From assembly GCF_009914755.1 (NCBI RefSeq), contig NC_060932.1: a stretch of DNA of 64,000 nt; one strand, 5' to 3'. Shown here piece by piece: positions 40,073 through 52,570 of this stretch. Under the pieces are notes generated by a model. The model saw only the letters and a list, made by a program, of their open reading frames with translations, was not told the origin of the DNA and searched no databases. A program made the position numbers and the translations under genes. Positions within the stretch are counted from its first letter, which is position 1, and each line of letters starts with the position of its first letter. Source of the DNA: the human T2T-CHM13v2.0 reference genome, Homo sapiens.

Positions 40073-40577
40073 TGTCTTAGTCTGTTTTGTATTGCTATAA
40101 CAGAGTACCACCCACTAGGTAATTTATAATGAACAGTAACTTATTTTGCTCGCAGTTCGGGAGATTTGAAAGTCCAAGAGCATGGCCCTGGCATCTTGTG
40201 AGGGCCTTCTTGCTGTGTCATCCTATGGCTGAAGGCAGAGGGCAAGAGAGTACTAGAGAGAGCAAGAGAGGGCTGATATTGCTTTTATTAATAACTAATG
40301 CATGTGGGGCTTAATACCTAGGTGATGGGTTGATAGGTGCAGCAAACCGCAATGGCACACGTTTACCTGTATAAAAAACCTGCACATCCTGCACATGTAT
40401 CCCGGAACTTAAAATTAAATTAAATTAAAAAAAATCCACTCCAGTGATATTGATCCATCTGTAAGGCCAGAGTCTTCATGATCTTATCACCTCTTAAAAG
40501 TTTCACCTCTCAACACTACTGCATTGGGGATTAAGTTTCCAATACATGAACTTTGGGAAAAGTATTTTACAACTAAT
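40073..40577 (-). mobile_element. MaLR solo LTR, MSTB/C-like, interrupted by an L1 fragment
   Basis: tgtcttagtctgttttgtattgctataacagagtacc...tgcattggggattaagtttcca; probable TSD aatag/aatag. Confidence 0.85.
40290..40434 (+). mobile_element. Short 5'-truncated L1PA (PA8-10-like) 3' end
   Basis: gggcttaatacctaggtgatgggttgataggtgcagcaaacc...cacatgtatcccggaacttaaaa. Confidence 0.9.
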
Positions 40578-40811
40578 AATAGTAAGTTTCAGTTGCATTT
40601 TGAAGAGTAAAGGATGACAGTTTGGCTATTTGCTTGTTGACAAGGTCAAATGGTGGCCTGACAAATAATGATCCCAACATTTTCTCTAGTAACCTTCTAG
40701 TTGCATAATTTATCTTTGTGAAAAAGTTTGGACTATTGGCCATGTCCTAAATCACTTTCCATTTGAGTGAACTGAAGTGTCTAAATTATTTATTGCTAGA
40801 GATAGGTCTTT

Positions 40812-41130
40812 TAAAAATAACTGATAGACTTTATTTTTTAGAGTAGTTTTGGAATTACAGAAAATTGAGCAGGAGGTAGTACAAAGAGTTCCCATACGCC
40901 TCTCTTCCAACTCCTGCACCAAGTTTTCCCTATTATTAATAACTTACATTAATATGGTACATTCGTTGCAATTAATGAACCAACATTGTTACATTATTAT
41001 TAGCTAAAGTCCACAGTTTATTCAGATTTCTTTAGTTTTTACCTAAAGCCTTTTTATCTGTCCCAGGATCCCATCGAGGATGCCACATCACATTTACTTG
41101 TCATGTCTTCTTAGGCTCCTCTTGGCTGTG
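40812..41130 (-). mobile_element. L1MC/MD-type 3' end (antisense)
   Basis: agactttatttttagagtagtttt...acagaaaaattgagcag...ccaggatcccatcgaggatgccacat...ttaggctcctcttggctgtg. Confidence 0.8.
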
Positions 41131-42243
41131 TAAAACAAACCAAAATGAGTAAGAGTCCAAAGAGCACACTCTAGGACAAGAAACACAGTTCCTGAGATTC
41201 ACCTACTCCTTGTGACTCTTCCGTGAGGCATGCACCCCTCTTCCTTTACATTTGTTTATCCCTAAGTATTGATAATCCAGCTGTAATTTTCACAAATGAC
41301 TATTAAAAAGCGAGGCATAAGAAAAATTCAAAATGTATAGAAAAAACAAATAGTTCAAGGACGATACACTCTGTGAATTATAGCATTTGTATCTACCATC
41401 CCAGTACAAGTATCAACAGCTTTATCAAACCCCACTGTTCTTTATTCTAATATAAAGCTGGTATGGTTTTTTTTTTCTCCCTCCTAGTGTCCTAGGTGAC
41501 TTGGAGACCTAGTCTGATTACTATCGATGTTCCTGGCCTTCTGATGTTTCTTTTATGCCCAGTCAAGTACCAAAGTCCTTTCTTTATTAAAAAAGTCAAA
41601 CCTCTTCTGAGTTTGAAGTTTCTAGATAATTTTTTCCTACTCAGTTTTAGTTTCTAGTTTGAGATACCTGCTGAAGTGGAGAGACCAAGCTTTAGAATGC
41701 CTGCAAAGTCTATGGTTTTCTTTTAGAGGGCTACCTTCCCTCCTTCCTGAAGGAAGGCTGCAGGCAGTTCTTTAAGCAGATAATGTTCCTGTTGGCGCCA
41801 TGAGACCCTGTCTTCTTGGGCAAGGCTGATTAAACCAGATGTAGATTTCTGGCTAAAGACAAGCTATAAGCTATGAGGTCATGGAATAAGAGGTTTGTTC
41901 AACCAGAACAATGGGTATTAAATGAGACAAATCAGAATTTCTGAAAAGAAATCTAGAGGATGAAGGCAGCAAGGCCATAAGGGAGAAGGGTCTTAAAGGT
42001 TTGTGAGTAACAGAAGTTGTGAGTGAGCAGAAGTCACAAGTAGACCAAAGTGATGAGTAAGTGGACACCAGATGGCATAGGTGTTATTTGTAGCAGTAGG
42101 AGAGGTAGAAGGAGCTGACTCATTACATTAGCAGAACTCTCTGAACTCCTGGGTCTGAGAGGGAGTGACAAGGTAACAGAGGCCTAGAATTGCCTCTGTT
42201 CCCAAGCCAGCTTCCAGTTCCTGAGCTTCATTCCTTCTCTTGG

Positions 42244-42266
42244 TGTGTGTGTGTGTGTGTGTGTGT
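42244..42266. repeat. (TG)n microsatellite
   Basis: Direct reading. Confidence 0.95.
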
Positions 42267-42577
42267 CGTGGGGGTGGGGGGTCTTTTATTTCCTTCTCTT
42301 GGAGATCCAATCTTTCAAATATTTTGAGTGTGCTGTCATCATTTCCAACCTTACACTGTATAGGTTTTGTTCCTCAAGGTAAAATAAGGGAGGTTTAAAT
42401 AGCACATGTGCCTGTCTCCATTCAAGCTGGCAGGAGTTGTGATTAAGGCTGCAAGTCACCTAGCCCTCTCTGGCTCAGCTTCTTTGCTTTGCACATCAGA
42501 GAGAAGTTCCAGGTAGTTTTATAGAGTATTGGTCTTCACCCCCAATATAGGGAGATAGCCTTATAAAAGTCTAATTA

Positions 42578-42873
<296 letters not shown>

Positions 42874-42984
42874 TTACATTGAGTTCTTCTGTTAACTGAC
42901 TTAGCAGAATCAAGTTAGTTACTCTGTTGAATTTTTGACTGGTTATGTCTGGGTTCTCTCATAAGCCTTCTCTTCTAATAATGA

Positions 42985-43210
42985 GCTGTTAATATTTATA
43001 TATGCAAGGTAATGTTCTAAAAAATGTACATGTATTAATTCATTTAATCTTCACATCAACCCTGGAAGGAAGGTACACTCATCATTCCTCTTTTGTATGT
43101 AAGGACATTAAGGCTTAGAGAGGTTAAATAATTGGTCAGAGTTCATATAGCTATTAAGTGGGATTTGAAGTATTATCTGTTTGATATTAGAACCTTTGCT
43201 CTTAACTAAG
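42985..43210 (-). mobile_element. MIR
   Basis: tcatttaatcttcacatcaaccctg...aggcttagagaggttaaataatt. Confidence 0.8.
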
Positions 43211-44149
43211 GGCCACGTTCTCTGGTGCCCACCAACTCTATCTCCAAGTCCTTTCCATCTCTGGTGGTTGGCACTGAGACCAACATCCAGCTAACTGCTT
43301 GCCTGGATCTCGCTGAGATCTGGATTCCCAACTACAGTGCTCAGCCTGCCTGTAGACAAGTCTCTGATAAACATCCCTTAAGGGTGAGTATTGAGGAAAT
43401 CAGTTAAAATGGCACTTCACTTTAGAGCCACAAAAGTCCAATTCCCAATGTCTGTTTTCTCAATATAATCTGTTTGGACTAGGTTGCCTCGATATCCTGT
43501 CATTTTCACAGTGGACTGAACACACAGAACAATATGATTTCCTAGGGAATTGATATATTTTTTCTATTTTACCAACGGTTGCTACTGTTTTTGTTTTGTT
43601 TTGTTTTGTTTTGGTCTCCAAACATTAAAGCTTACCAGGCAATGGAGTGGTTAATGCTGTGTGCTGATATCCACTCTCTCCATAAGGTGCTTCCATGGCT
43701 GCTGGATGTTGACAAGCACCTATCCTCCTATAGTGGTGACTTTCTTTTGAGTTCCTCTTCTCCGGAGCTGTCTGCTCTGCCCAAGCTACATGGCTGCCCA
43801 TGTGACAGGCTCCAGCACATGTTGTGTTGGAAGCGGCCTGCTCTGCTTCTGGACCCTCCGTTACAGAAATTGCTATTGCCCAAGGAGGTTGATCTCTCTG
43901 TTACTCTGATCTCTTGTTAATGGTGGGAGGACCCCTTTTTCAGTCCCCTAATGCTTTTTTCTAACATAGGCAGAAGGGCAGGGACTGACTCCAAAGTTTA
44001 AATCTTCTTATGCCAACCTCAAGTTGCCCAATAGCATCACTTTCTCTCTTTGCAAATCCCTACCTCCAGGGGGAGACCCAGAATTATAGGACTGATAGCT
44101 CCCTATGCTTTCTGAGCAGTGTGTGGTGAGAGAACTAGCTTAATATTAT

Positions 44150-44731
44150 GGACTGCTGGCACTATTTGTTGTCTTCCCAGGAGCTTCCTTTTCTCTTTCC
44201 TTATTGGAGAGGGCTTTCTCTTATTACAGAAAATGCCAGTTACTCTTTTCCTAGCCTCCCTTACAACTAGTGCAAAGGCAAGTAACTCAGCATTGGCTCA
44301 TGGAACCCAAAGGGGTGTCTGCTAAGGGCTTTGGGGAAAGGCTTCTCTTCCTAGAAAAGAGAAGGCATCCTTTTTCTTTCCTTTTCTAGATTTTATTTGT
44401 ATGTGACCCCCAGAACCACTGTAGCCCTTTTGGGCTCATAAGAGGAGGCATCAGCGTCACACTGTGAATGCAAAGCACAAAGGAAAAAAGCACCCAGATC
44501 CCTGAGCTGTTGTACCAACCTTGAGAGTGCCCTGCCTTGACTTTTTTGTTATAATGTTACTAATAATTATTATTATAACTACTGATAATAACAGCTAACA
44601 CTTCTATACAACTTACTGTGCTCCAGACACATCTAGTTATTATGAGAGACTTTAAATATCTATGTTGTTGAAATCATACCTTCTAGTTGAGTGTTCTATT
44701 ATTTGTAGCTGAAAACACCCTAACTGAAACA
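44150..44731 (+). mobile_element. Old MaLR LTR (MLT1J/K-like) with a short MIR insert (~44555-44632)
   Basis: gcctcccttacaactag...; 3' end ttctattatttgtagctgaaaacaccctaactgaaaca. Confidence 0.6.
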
Positions 44732-45782
44732 TTTGCAAAGCTGATTCTTGTTCTCGCTAAGCCACAGAGGTTAGAGAAAGGCCTCTCTGGGAAGCAGGCT
44801 TCAGCATGTGCCCTCCAAAATACATGATCCTCTCATCATGAGATGACTCCTCTTTTCCCAGTTTCCTTCATGAAATTCCTTCTCCCATGCAAGCATCTTG
44901 AGTTCTACATGTAAAGGGTCTTGGAAAACCAGGTGTGAACTTGCCATGGCATTTATCACATCCTGGTGATCTCCGAGTTACACAGATGACAATAATTAGT
45001 ACATAATGTTCCTCGAGGACCTCTCACCAAAACATCTGAAAATGAGGGCTAGGAGTGAGGATGGGGGAAGATATTTCTGAGGATACTGCATTACTCTCGT
45101 TTCCTTCCTGACTATGCAATTTCAAGAAGTCACTCAGATTATTACCATAGGGGCTTGGGGTCCTCTGAGGACCTGTAATTAGTCCACTGCAGCGAATGTT
45201 TATCTGGATGTGACTGCCCACAGCAATCATTTCCTGGCTCACACACTCTGCTTGACAATACACCACCTGTGTGGCATGCCTTTCTATAGGAAAATAAACA
45301 CTATCACCAAAGAGCTCCAAAAACTGTAAAATATTATACACATGTAACTTATGGTGATCACAAAGATTTATTCATGACCTGCCTTCAATATTACCAGCCC
45401 TGGGTCCTAGGGATATATTTAATATATGCTAGTCTGTTTTATCACCTTACTCAACTGCCAATATAACCTGGTTTTCCACCAAATATGTGGATTGTGTCAG
45501 AACAGGTCATGTGTTCTTTCATTGCTATCGAATACATCTCATATCTTACTAATAATTATAACTAATGTTGATCAACATTTTACAATTCACAGTTTGCTTT
45601 TTTCACATATGCTATTTCCTCGTTACCACCCCCATGGAAGTGAGAATATGGAAGCTCAGATTTGCCTAAGATGACTCAGCTGAAACATGTGATCAAGGCA
45701 GGAAAAAAGGGTTCTTTTGAAGCCAAGGAAAGTTTTTTCTGCTGTAATGCACCGAGTCCCCTTTAGGTGATGCGTGGCTTTA

Positions 45783-46200
<418 letters not shown>

Positions 46201-47264
46201 TTGGTTTTATCCTGTATGAACATTTAGGAGGCGAGAGCTGGGGCAAATCAGCTGTTTTGCTCTCCTAACAGACTCTTCCGTTTTCTCTGTCTCTGGAAAA
46301 GTTCAGAATAATGTACGGATTACAGAGCCTCTGTCTGAATGACCTCAGGGATCAGCTAACCTTGAGTGAAAGCACCTGGTAGTAAAGCGAATCCTGCGCC
46401 TAAGTGAAAACTGTACTATTCAGCTCTGTTCACTGTTTAAAGAATTCCTTTAAAGAGCTTAATAAAAAGGATCAGCAGGATTTTAGGGTATTAACACATC
46501 TTCCAATGCAATATTTTAATGAGGTAAGTATAATACAGAAACCCCTTGGATTAATCTTCCCTTAAACTACCCATGAGCCCAAGATGCAGACAAAAATATC
46601 TTTGGAAAATTGTAGGGAATTTCAGTGAACCCATGTGTCAAAAGAAAGAAAATGATGGGTGTGTGACTTCTGACCCCCATCAGGGCTGGTTGGCTTTGTC
46701 TCTCATGAAAGTTCCAAGGCAAAAATGACCACAACACAGGGAACTCAACAGTTTTCCTTCTTTGTTCATTCCTTTCTAGATTGCGAGCAGCAATCTCTGG
46801 CTGAGTTTATCTTGGAGGGTGGTTGGAGGGCTGGGGGCAGTGTACCCACCATAATTGTTTGCAGTTGCTGGTTGTGGGGGACAGTGTGAATACCTTCTTT
46901 GCAGAAGTCCTCAGTGTACGCCCGCCCTGCAAAGACCATGTTTTCCTCTGACGGGCTCACAGTTTATTTTTAACAACTGGTACCAAGACCTTGTGCTGTT
47001 TGTCTGCATCAGAGTGTGGCAGTTAGGAAGCGCATACGCAATTTCTGAGCATGGGAGTGTTTCTCTGGTGTTAGTCATTAGGGAGCGGCTGCTATCTCCT
47101 TTGTCAGTGCTTAGAACTGGGGCCGTTTAAGTTCCTTGTCCTTGTGCATTTAATTTTTAGATTTTAATTTTGTCGTTTGAAAAATTCCTTTATAAATTAC
47201 ATCATCTTGTGATTTATTTTTCTTTTCCAAAAAGGAAAGGACTAGTATATATAATCTCTAAAAT

Positions 47265-47367
47265 AAGAGAGAAAGGACGGGGATAGAACAAGGAAGGGAG
47301 GGAGAGGGAAGAGAGAGCAAGAGCAAGAAAGAGAGAGGGACAGAGAGAGAGAGAGAGAGAGAGAGAT
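47265..47367. repeat. Purine-rich tract ending in (GA)n
   Basis: Direct reading. Confidence 0.9.
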
Positions 47368-47644
47368 GTAGCTATGCTCTTCTTTTTTGCCTTATTTTGG
47401 ACATTGTGAAATGAGTACAAATTACCTCACCAGACTTCAAAGGGCGGATGGAGTAGATGATTTCTGTGAGTTTGATTTGACAGGCACATGGATTGTCCAA
47501 TTGTCATATAATATCTTCACTTTTTGCTCTGATCTATTCCCTTGAGTTAAGCATTCCCTTTCACTAACAAAATAAAAGGCAAATCCCTTTGAGAACATTC
47601 ACCATAAAGTTTTTAACACTTGGTGAGAATGATAATCTTGGATT

Positions 47645-47810
47645 GGTGGTTTCCAAATTTGGCTGATCATCTCAAGCCCCTGGGGGTGATTGTTAAGCAT
47701 ACAGACTCCAGGGCCTCAACCCAGATTTAGGGAAGAATCAGAATATCTAAGGAGGTACAGCTTTTACATTTATAAAAATACCTCTTAGGCATTTGAATGA
47801 TTTAGGAATT
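47645..47810. mobile_element. MER5-like hAT-Charlie element
   Basis: gtggtttccaaatttggctg...cctgggg...tgttaag-atacagact-cagggcc...gaatcagaat. Confidence 0.65.
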
Positions 47811-48531
47811 CCCTGCAGATCTGCAGACCTGGAAGGCTTGTCCTCCTAGGAAGAAAGAAAGGGCAGGTAGCAGAACTCCTGGGCCTTTGGAGAGAATGGA
47901 AGATCTCGATAGGAAGGAGTGAAGGCAGGAGAGTCTCTGAACAGGCAGTGAAGGACTCCAGAGACAGTTTTCTTACCTCCAGGTTTTGCTCTAGGTTAGC
48001 TATGTCAGTGGAGAATGTGCCTTAATCAAAAGCCATCTGTATTAATAAATGCCATAAAACCATCACAGAGTTTCTTGTTTTCATGTCACACTTCAAACAT
48101 TGATGCCAGTCTACAAGTTGACACTGATTTTCTGGCCTTGACATTTTTATTAGTTTGGCTGGAAGAGCCAATTTGTGTCAAAGAGGAGATAACTTATTTA
48201 TAAACACACCTCCACCCCCCACATCCCCACCCCCCCACACACATATACACACACACACTCACACACACATATATTTTTTTATATCAGTGGGTTATTTCAA
48301 TTTATCTTTAGGTGTGATAGATAGTCCTGTTGATGAAACATCATCATTTTGGCTTCTGTCCCTTTTTTCTTTTGATTTTCTTATTTCTAAAATAAAATAA
48401 AGAGATTAGAATAAATTCTATACTTGGGGCACATGAAGGTGATAATAGGAGTTCATATGCTATTTTTAGTATCTGAAAAGGAAAACAGGATTAAACATTG
48501 CATATTTATGTTGCAAAGAAGTACATAAGCT

Positions 48532-48989
48532 CATTGTGCAACTCCCACTTATGAGTGAGAACGTGAGGTGTTTTGTTTTCTGTTCCTGTGTTAGTTTGCT
48601 GAGAATGATGGGGCACAGGGAGGGGAACATCACACACTGGGATGTATCGGGGGCGGGGGTGGGGGGCAAGGGGAGGGAGAGCATTAGGACAAATACCTAA
48701 TACACGCTGGGCTTAAAACCTAGATGATGGATTGATAGGTACAGCAAACCACCATGGCACATGTATACCTATGTAACAAACCTGCACGTTCTGCACATGT
48801 ATCCCAGAACTGAACACAAAATAAAATAGAAATAAAATAAGAAGAGAAAGAGAGGCCAGAGACCTCTCTCTCTCTGATGCACACGCAGGGGTAGGGCTAT
48901 GGGTGGACACAGTCGTAGTCCGCAAGCCAGGAAGAGAGCCCTTACCAGAAACCGAACATTGCATAAAAAAAAAAAAAAAAAAAAAGAAA
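48532..48989 (+). mobile_element. L1PA (PA7/8-like) insertion: inverted 5' segment (48532-48610), sense 3' UTR (48611-48840), MaLR LTR fragment (~48838-48964), second poly(A)
   Basis: Whole unit bounded by the perfect TSD aagtacataagct (48519-48531 / 48990-49002). Confidence 0.9.
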
Positions 48990-49339
48990 AAGTACATAAG
49001 CTAACAAAAATCAATTTCTTTAAGGCTTTTAAAAATAATAATTACATTAGCTTATTTGTTATCACTGATTTACTCATGTTGAGCTGAAGTTATGATGGGA
49101 GTTTATAAATAAATAACAAAATAAACTAAAAACAAAATATTTGAAAACATGGGGTCCATTTGTTTATTCCTTCAGCAGTTTCAGCTAATACTAGATTAAA
49201 ATATTGCTCCAAGAAGGATTTAGTTAACAGAACTTAAAATATTTCAAGGTCTTCAAAACAGAAAGCAACCGAAGAAATATTTTAAATAGGGGTACCTTCC
49301 ATAGACCCACAAAATGTAAATTTCTATCACATTAGAAGA

Positions 49340-49600
49340 CCTCTGTTTTATAGTGGGGCTCTTCAGGAAATAGATTCTTAGATGGATATTTGCATGCAGG
49401 AAGTTGACTGGGGAGGGCTGGTAGGAGCAAGCCCTGCGAGGGAGGGAAGTGCTTTTGGGCAATGCAGAAGTTCTCAATCAATCTCACAGAGAGCTCAGGA
49501 GCTAGGATGACCTTTCAGAATGGTCACAATTTCCAGAAAGGCATTCAGCTAAGCTGTCAGCCTCGATAATCCAGCGAGTATCTGAAAATGCATCACAACA
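49340..49600 (-). mobile_element. Old ERVL LTR fragment (LTR40/41-like)
   Basis: ggaaatagattcttagatggatatttgcatgcaggaagttgactgggg...gagctcaggagctaggatgacctttcaga. Confidence 0.55.
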
Positions 49601-50029
49601 CAGACCCAGGGCTGGCCCTGCTTTTGTGCAATCACCGATGTTCTGTATCCTCTGATATATATGAATACCTGTTCCCCACCCCCAGGATCTGGGTTCTCAC
49701 ATAAAATGTAAAATGCCTCTTTCTTCAGACTTCCTAGTTACTAAGGAGTGTTAACAGAGCACATTGAACAACTTTAAGAGCCCATTCTTTGCATGGTTTC
49801 ATAGGAGGTGGGTCTCAACATTGAGAGCTCACAAATATCCTTACTGGTAATAAGACTTTACCTGTGAAGGAGAGCGTGAGGGAGGGAAGAGAAAGGAAGA
49901 AAAACTGGTAAGTACAAGCACATAACATATGCCACGTCCTGTTCTAGACTCTAGAGATAAAAATAAAAAAAAGAATAAGACATAATAGAAATGTACAGAC
50001 TTGCAAATTAGGAATTGCAACAATGTATA

Positions 50030-50510
50030 ACGGGTGCTCTCAATGAAGTAAGATTAGGGCCCAATGGAGGTATAACAAAGAGTATGGTTAGTTTACCAAG
50101 AAGAATATTCAAGAAAAAGCTTTCCATGAAATTTGAAAGTTCTATGAAATGTGAAATTTGAAGTGAATCTTGAAAGACAATTAAATATCAGCCAGGGAAA
50201 AAGTGCAAGGAAAGACATTCCAGATACAGGAAGCAGGGTATGCAAAGGTCTGGAGGCCTGGACTTGCTTGGGAAACTCCAATCATTTTGACGTCATCAAA
50301 ACTTGGGTTTGGGGGAATGTCATGCTGAGTGGTGAAGCTTGAACGTAGGCAGATCACAGAGTTTTTTATATCTTGCTGAGCAATTTGCCTGTATCTTGAA
50401 GGCAAAGGGAGACCTCCGAAAGATGTGTGCGTGTGTGCATCTTTTTTCCATTTTAAACACAGGAGTGATATGATCAGATGGGCATTTTCAAGAACTCACT
50501 TTGGCAGCAC
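50030..50510 (-). mobile_element. L2 fragment (antisense)
   Basis: ggaaagacattccagatacaggaagcagggtatgcaaaggtctggagg...aggagtgatatgatcagat. Confidence 0.75.
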
Positions 50511-50967
50511 ATGTCAGTACTAAGATAAGCAAATGGTAAACTCTTGGAGAGGCAGGCCTTTTTCATCAACATTTTATATAAATGCCATGTATGCTCAGGA
50601 AATTAAAACCAAAAATGATTGGTACTTCAAAATCTGCTGACTTTGCTTCATATTTGCTTTTTCATTAAATGAAAGTAAAGATTGTATTCAACCTTGAGTA
50701 GTATATTTTATTTTAAAAACAAACAAAAGTAAATGTGAGGATTCATTTTTATCAGCCCTATCCAACATTGTGGTCTTTCAAATTAGACAAACCAATTTAC
50801 CTTTGCCAGCCTACTTTAGAAACTCATGCTCGTTGTTTCTGTTTATCCAGAAACAATCTCATAACATTTAGACAGATAATTTCTTTGGAATGTGTTTGGA
50901 AAAGAAAGAAATATTCTTAGATATACAGAAAACATACAGCAAGAATACATTCGCATATCCATTGATT

Positions 50968-51032
50968 AATCCATCCATCCGTCCATTCATCCATCCATCC
51001 ATCCATCCATCCATCCATCCATCCATCCATCC
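50968..51032. repeat. (CATC)n tetranucleotide repeat at an L2 tail
   Basis: Direct reading. Confidence 0.97.
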
Positions 51033-51190
51033 ACATTTATGCTGGCCCGCTGTAGGCATTTTATGAGACACCAGGGCTGCAAAGATGAAGAAACTCAGCC
51101 TTTGGTCAAAGAGCTTACGGTCTAAGTTCAGAGAAACACGCGTAAACAAATGATGACAATACAATATGGTAATGTACATGCTATTATAAA
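51033..51190 (-). mobile_element. L2 3' end (antisense)
   Basis: taggcattttatgagacaccagggctgcaaagatgaag...gagcttacggtcta. Confidence 0.7.
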
Positions 51191-51472
51191 ACTGTATTTT
51201 CAAATAAAATAGACATATAATTTGTCTTGGTTAGCATGGTGACAAAGAAAGGGTAAAGCATTTGAAATTAAGATACCAGGGTTTAAGTTCCAGATATGGG
51301 ATTTACTATCTTGGTAAATTTGGTCATGTTATTTGAGCACACAGACTTATACGTTTTAAAAATATATATTCAAAGGAAATAATGGTTGTACCTTATTCAA
51401 AATAATGAGTTCAATAAATTTTCTCCATACAAGACAAGAACATAAAACCCAACAGCATTCATGTATACCTTT

Positions 51473-51952
51473 TGTGAGAGGTGATCTGCCGTCAGCCCTA
51501 AGTGGCTGTGCATATTCTTGCTGTATGTAACAAGAAGACAAGATCCCGACCTGATCATTCTTTGCTCTGGTCATTTCTCAGGGTGGATTTGCAGCAAGCT
51601 ACTTTGAGGAATTAGGTAATATTTCCAGCGAAGCGAAGGGTAGGCTTGCTTTTGCTCACTATTCAAGCGGAGAACACCCCAAGCTCAGGGTTCTTCCATA
51701 AATGCAGCCTGCTGCATGTATAAGCATCCATAACAGCCACTTTGCTTTGTCCCTGTAGGAAGATGAGACATCCTCATGTATATTGTTACCGCTTTGCTGT
51801 GAATAATAAAGATCTTTCTCTTTGGAGGAGCCTCATGAGATCTTTCTCTGAGGAGCCTCATGTTTCCTGCCAGAATTCATGAGAAAACAGTAACAAGCTG
51901 GCTTATTAGTTTATAATTAGTGTAAAATCTCAGACCCTGTATGATCCTTGAC
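51473..51952 (+). mobile_element. ERVL-class solo LTR (MER76/MER70-like)
   Basis: catttctcagggt...tttgcagcaag...ccccaagctcag...aataaa at 51805...aaacagtaacaagct-gcttattag...cagaccc...gaca. Confidence 0.65.
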
Positions 51953-51979
51953 AATAACTACAATAGATATGTAATACCA

Positions 51980-52290
51980 TAACAAGAAAGATCTTTCATC
52001 AGCAGCAGTAAAAATATAGATTACTTACGAATAATCTATTGAAAAAGTACTTTTGACCTATATGAAGAAAAATGCAATATTTTATTGAGATTAAAGGAGA
52101 CTAGAGCAAACAATGTCATGTCCTCACAGGAGAAGATTAAATATTTATTAAAAAATCAATTCTTCCCAAATATTTTTATAGGTTAAATGTAACTCCAATC
52201 AAAATCCAAATAAGATGCTTAAGAACATTATTTCTTAATTCTAAATTTAATAGGAAAGAACACTTCAGGGGGTTTATCAATGATATTCTA
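51980..52290 (+). mobile_element. Degraded old L1 ORF2 fragment
   Basis: gacctatatgaagaaaa...tcaattcttcccaaat...tccaatcaaaatcc. Confidence 0.7.
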
Positions 52291-52337
52291 GAAAAGAGAA
52301 GAGAGGGAAGTAGCACAGAGATTAAGGGTGTGAAGGT

Positions 52338-52570
52338 GGCAGTATGGCGGAGTGAATAATAATGTGGCTTTGCCATCAGACTGATCTGAGTTTGAGCCTT
52401 GGCTCTGTCATGTGTTATTGTAGGACTCGGCCAAGGTACTTGACTACTAAGCCTCAGCTTCCTCATGTGTGTAATGGGGCCTATAATAGCAACTACTTTG
52501 AAATGTATGGATTAAAGTACTTAGCAACATGCTTGGCACTTAGCACTCAATAATGTTGGCTATTATTAGT
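52338..52570 (+). mobile_element. MIR, near full length
   Basis: ggcagtatggcg...gcctcagcttcctcatgtgtgtaatgggg...gcttggcacttagcactcaataatgttggctattatt. Confidence 0.85.

Noticed and set aside
40073-40577. L1PA fragment inside an MST LTR as local donor of the 48.8-kb transduced segment
   Set aside because: This L1 is only ~145 bp (no promoter), lies antisense to its LTR, and its downstream flank does not match the transduced sequence.
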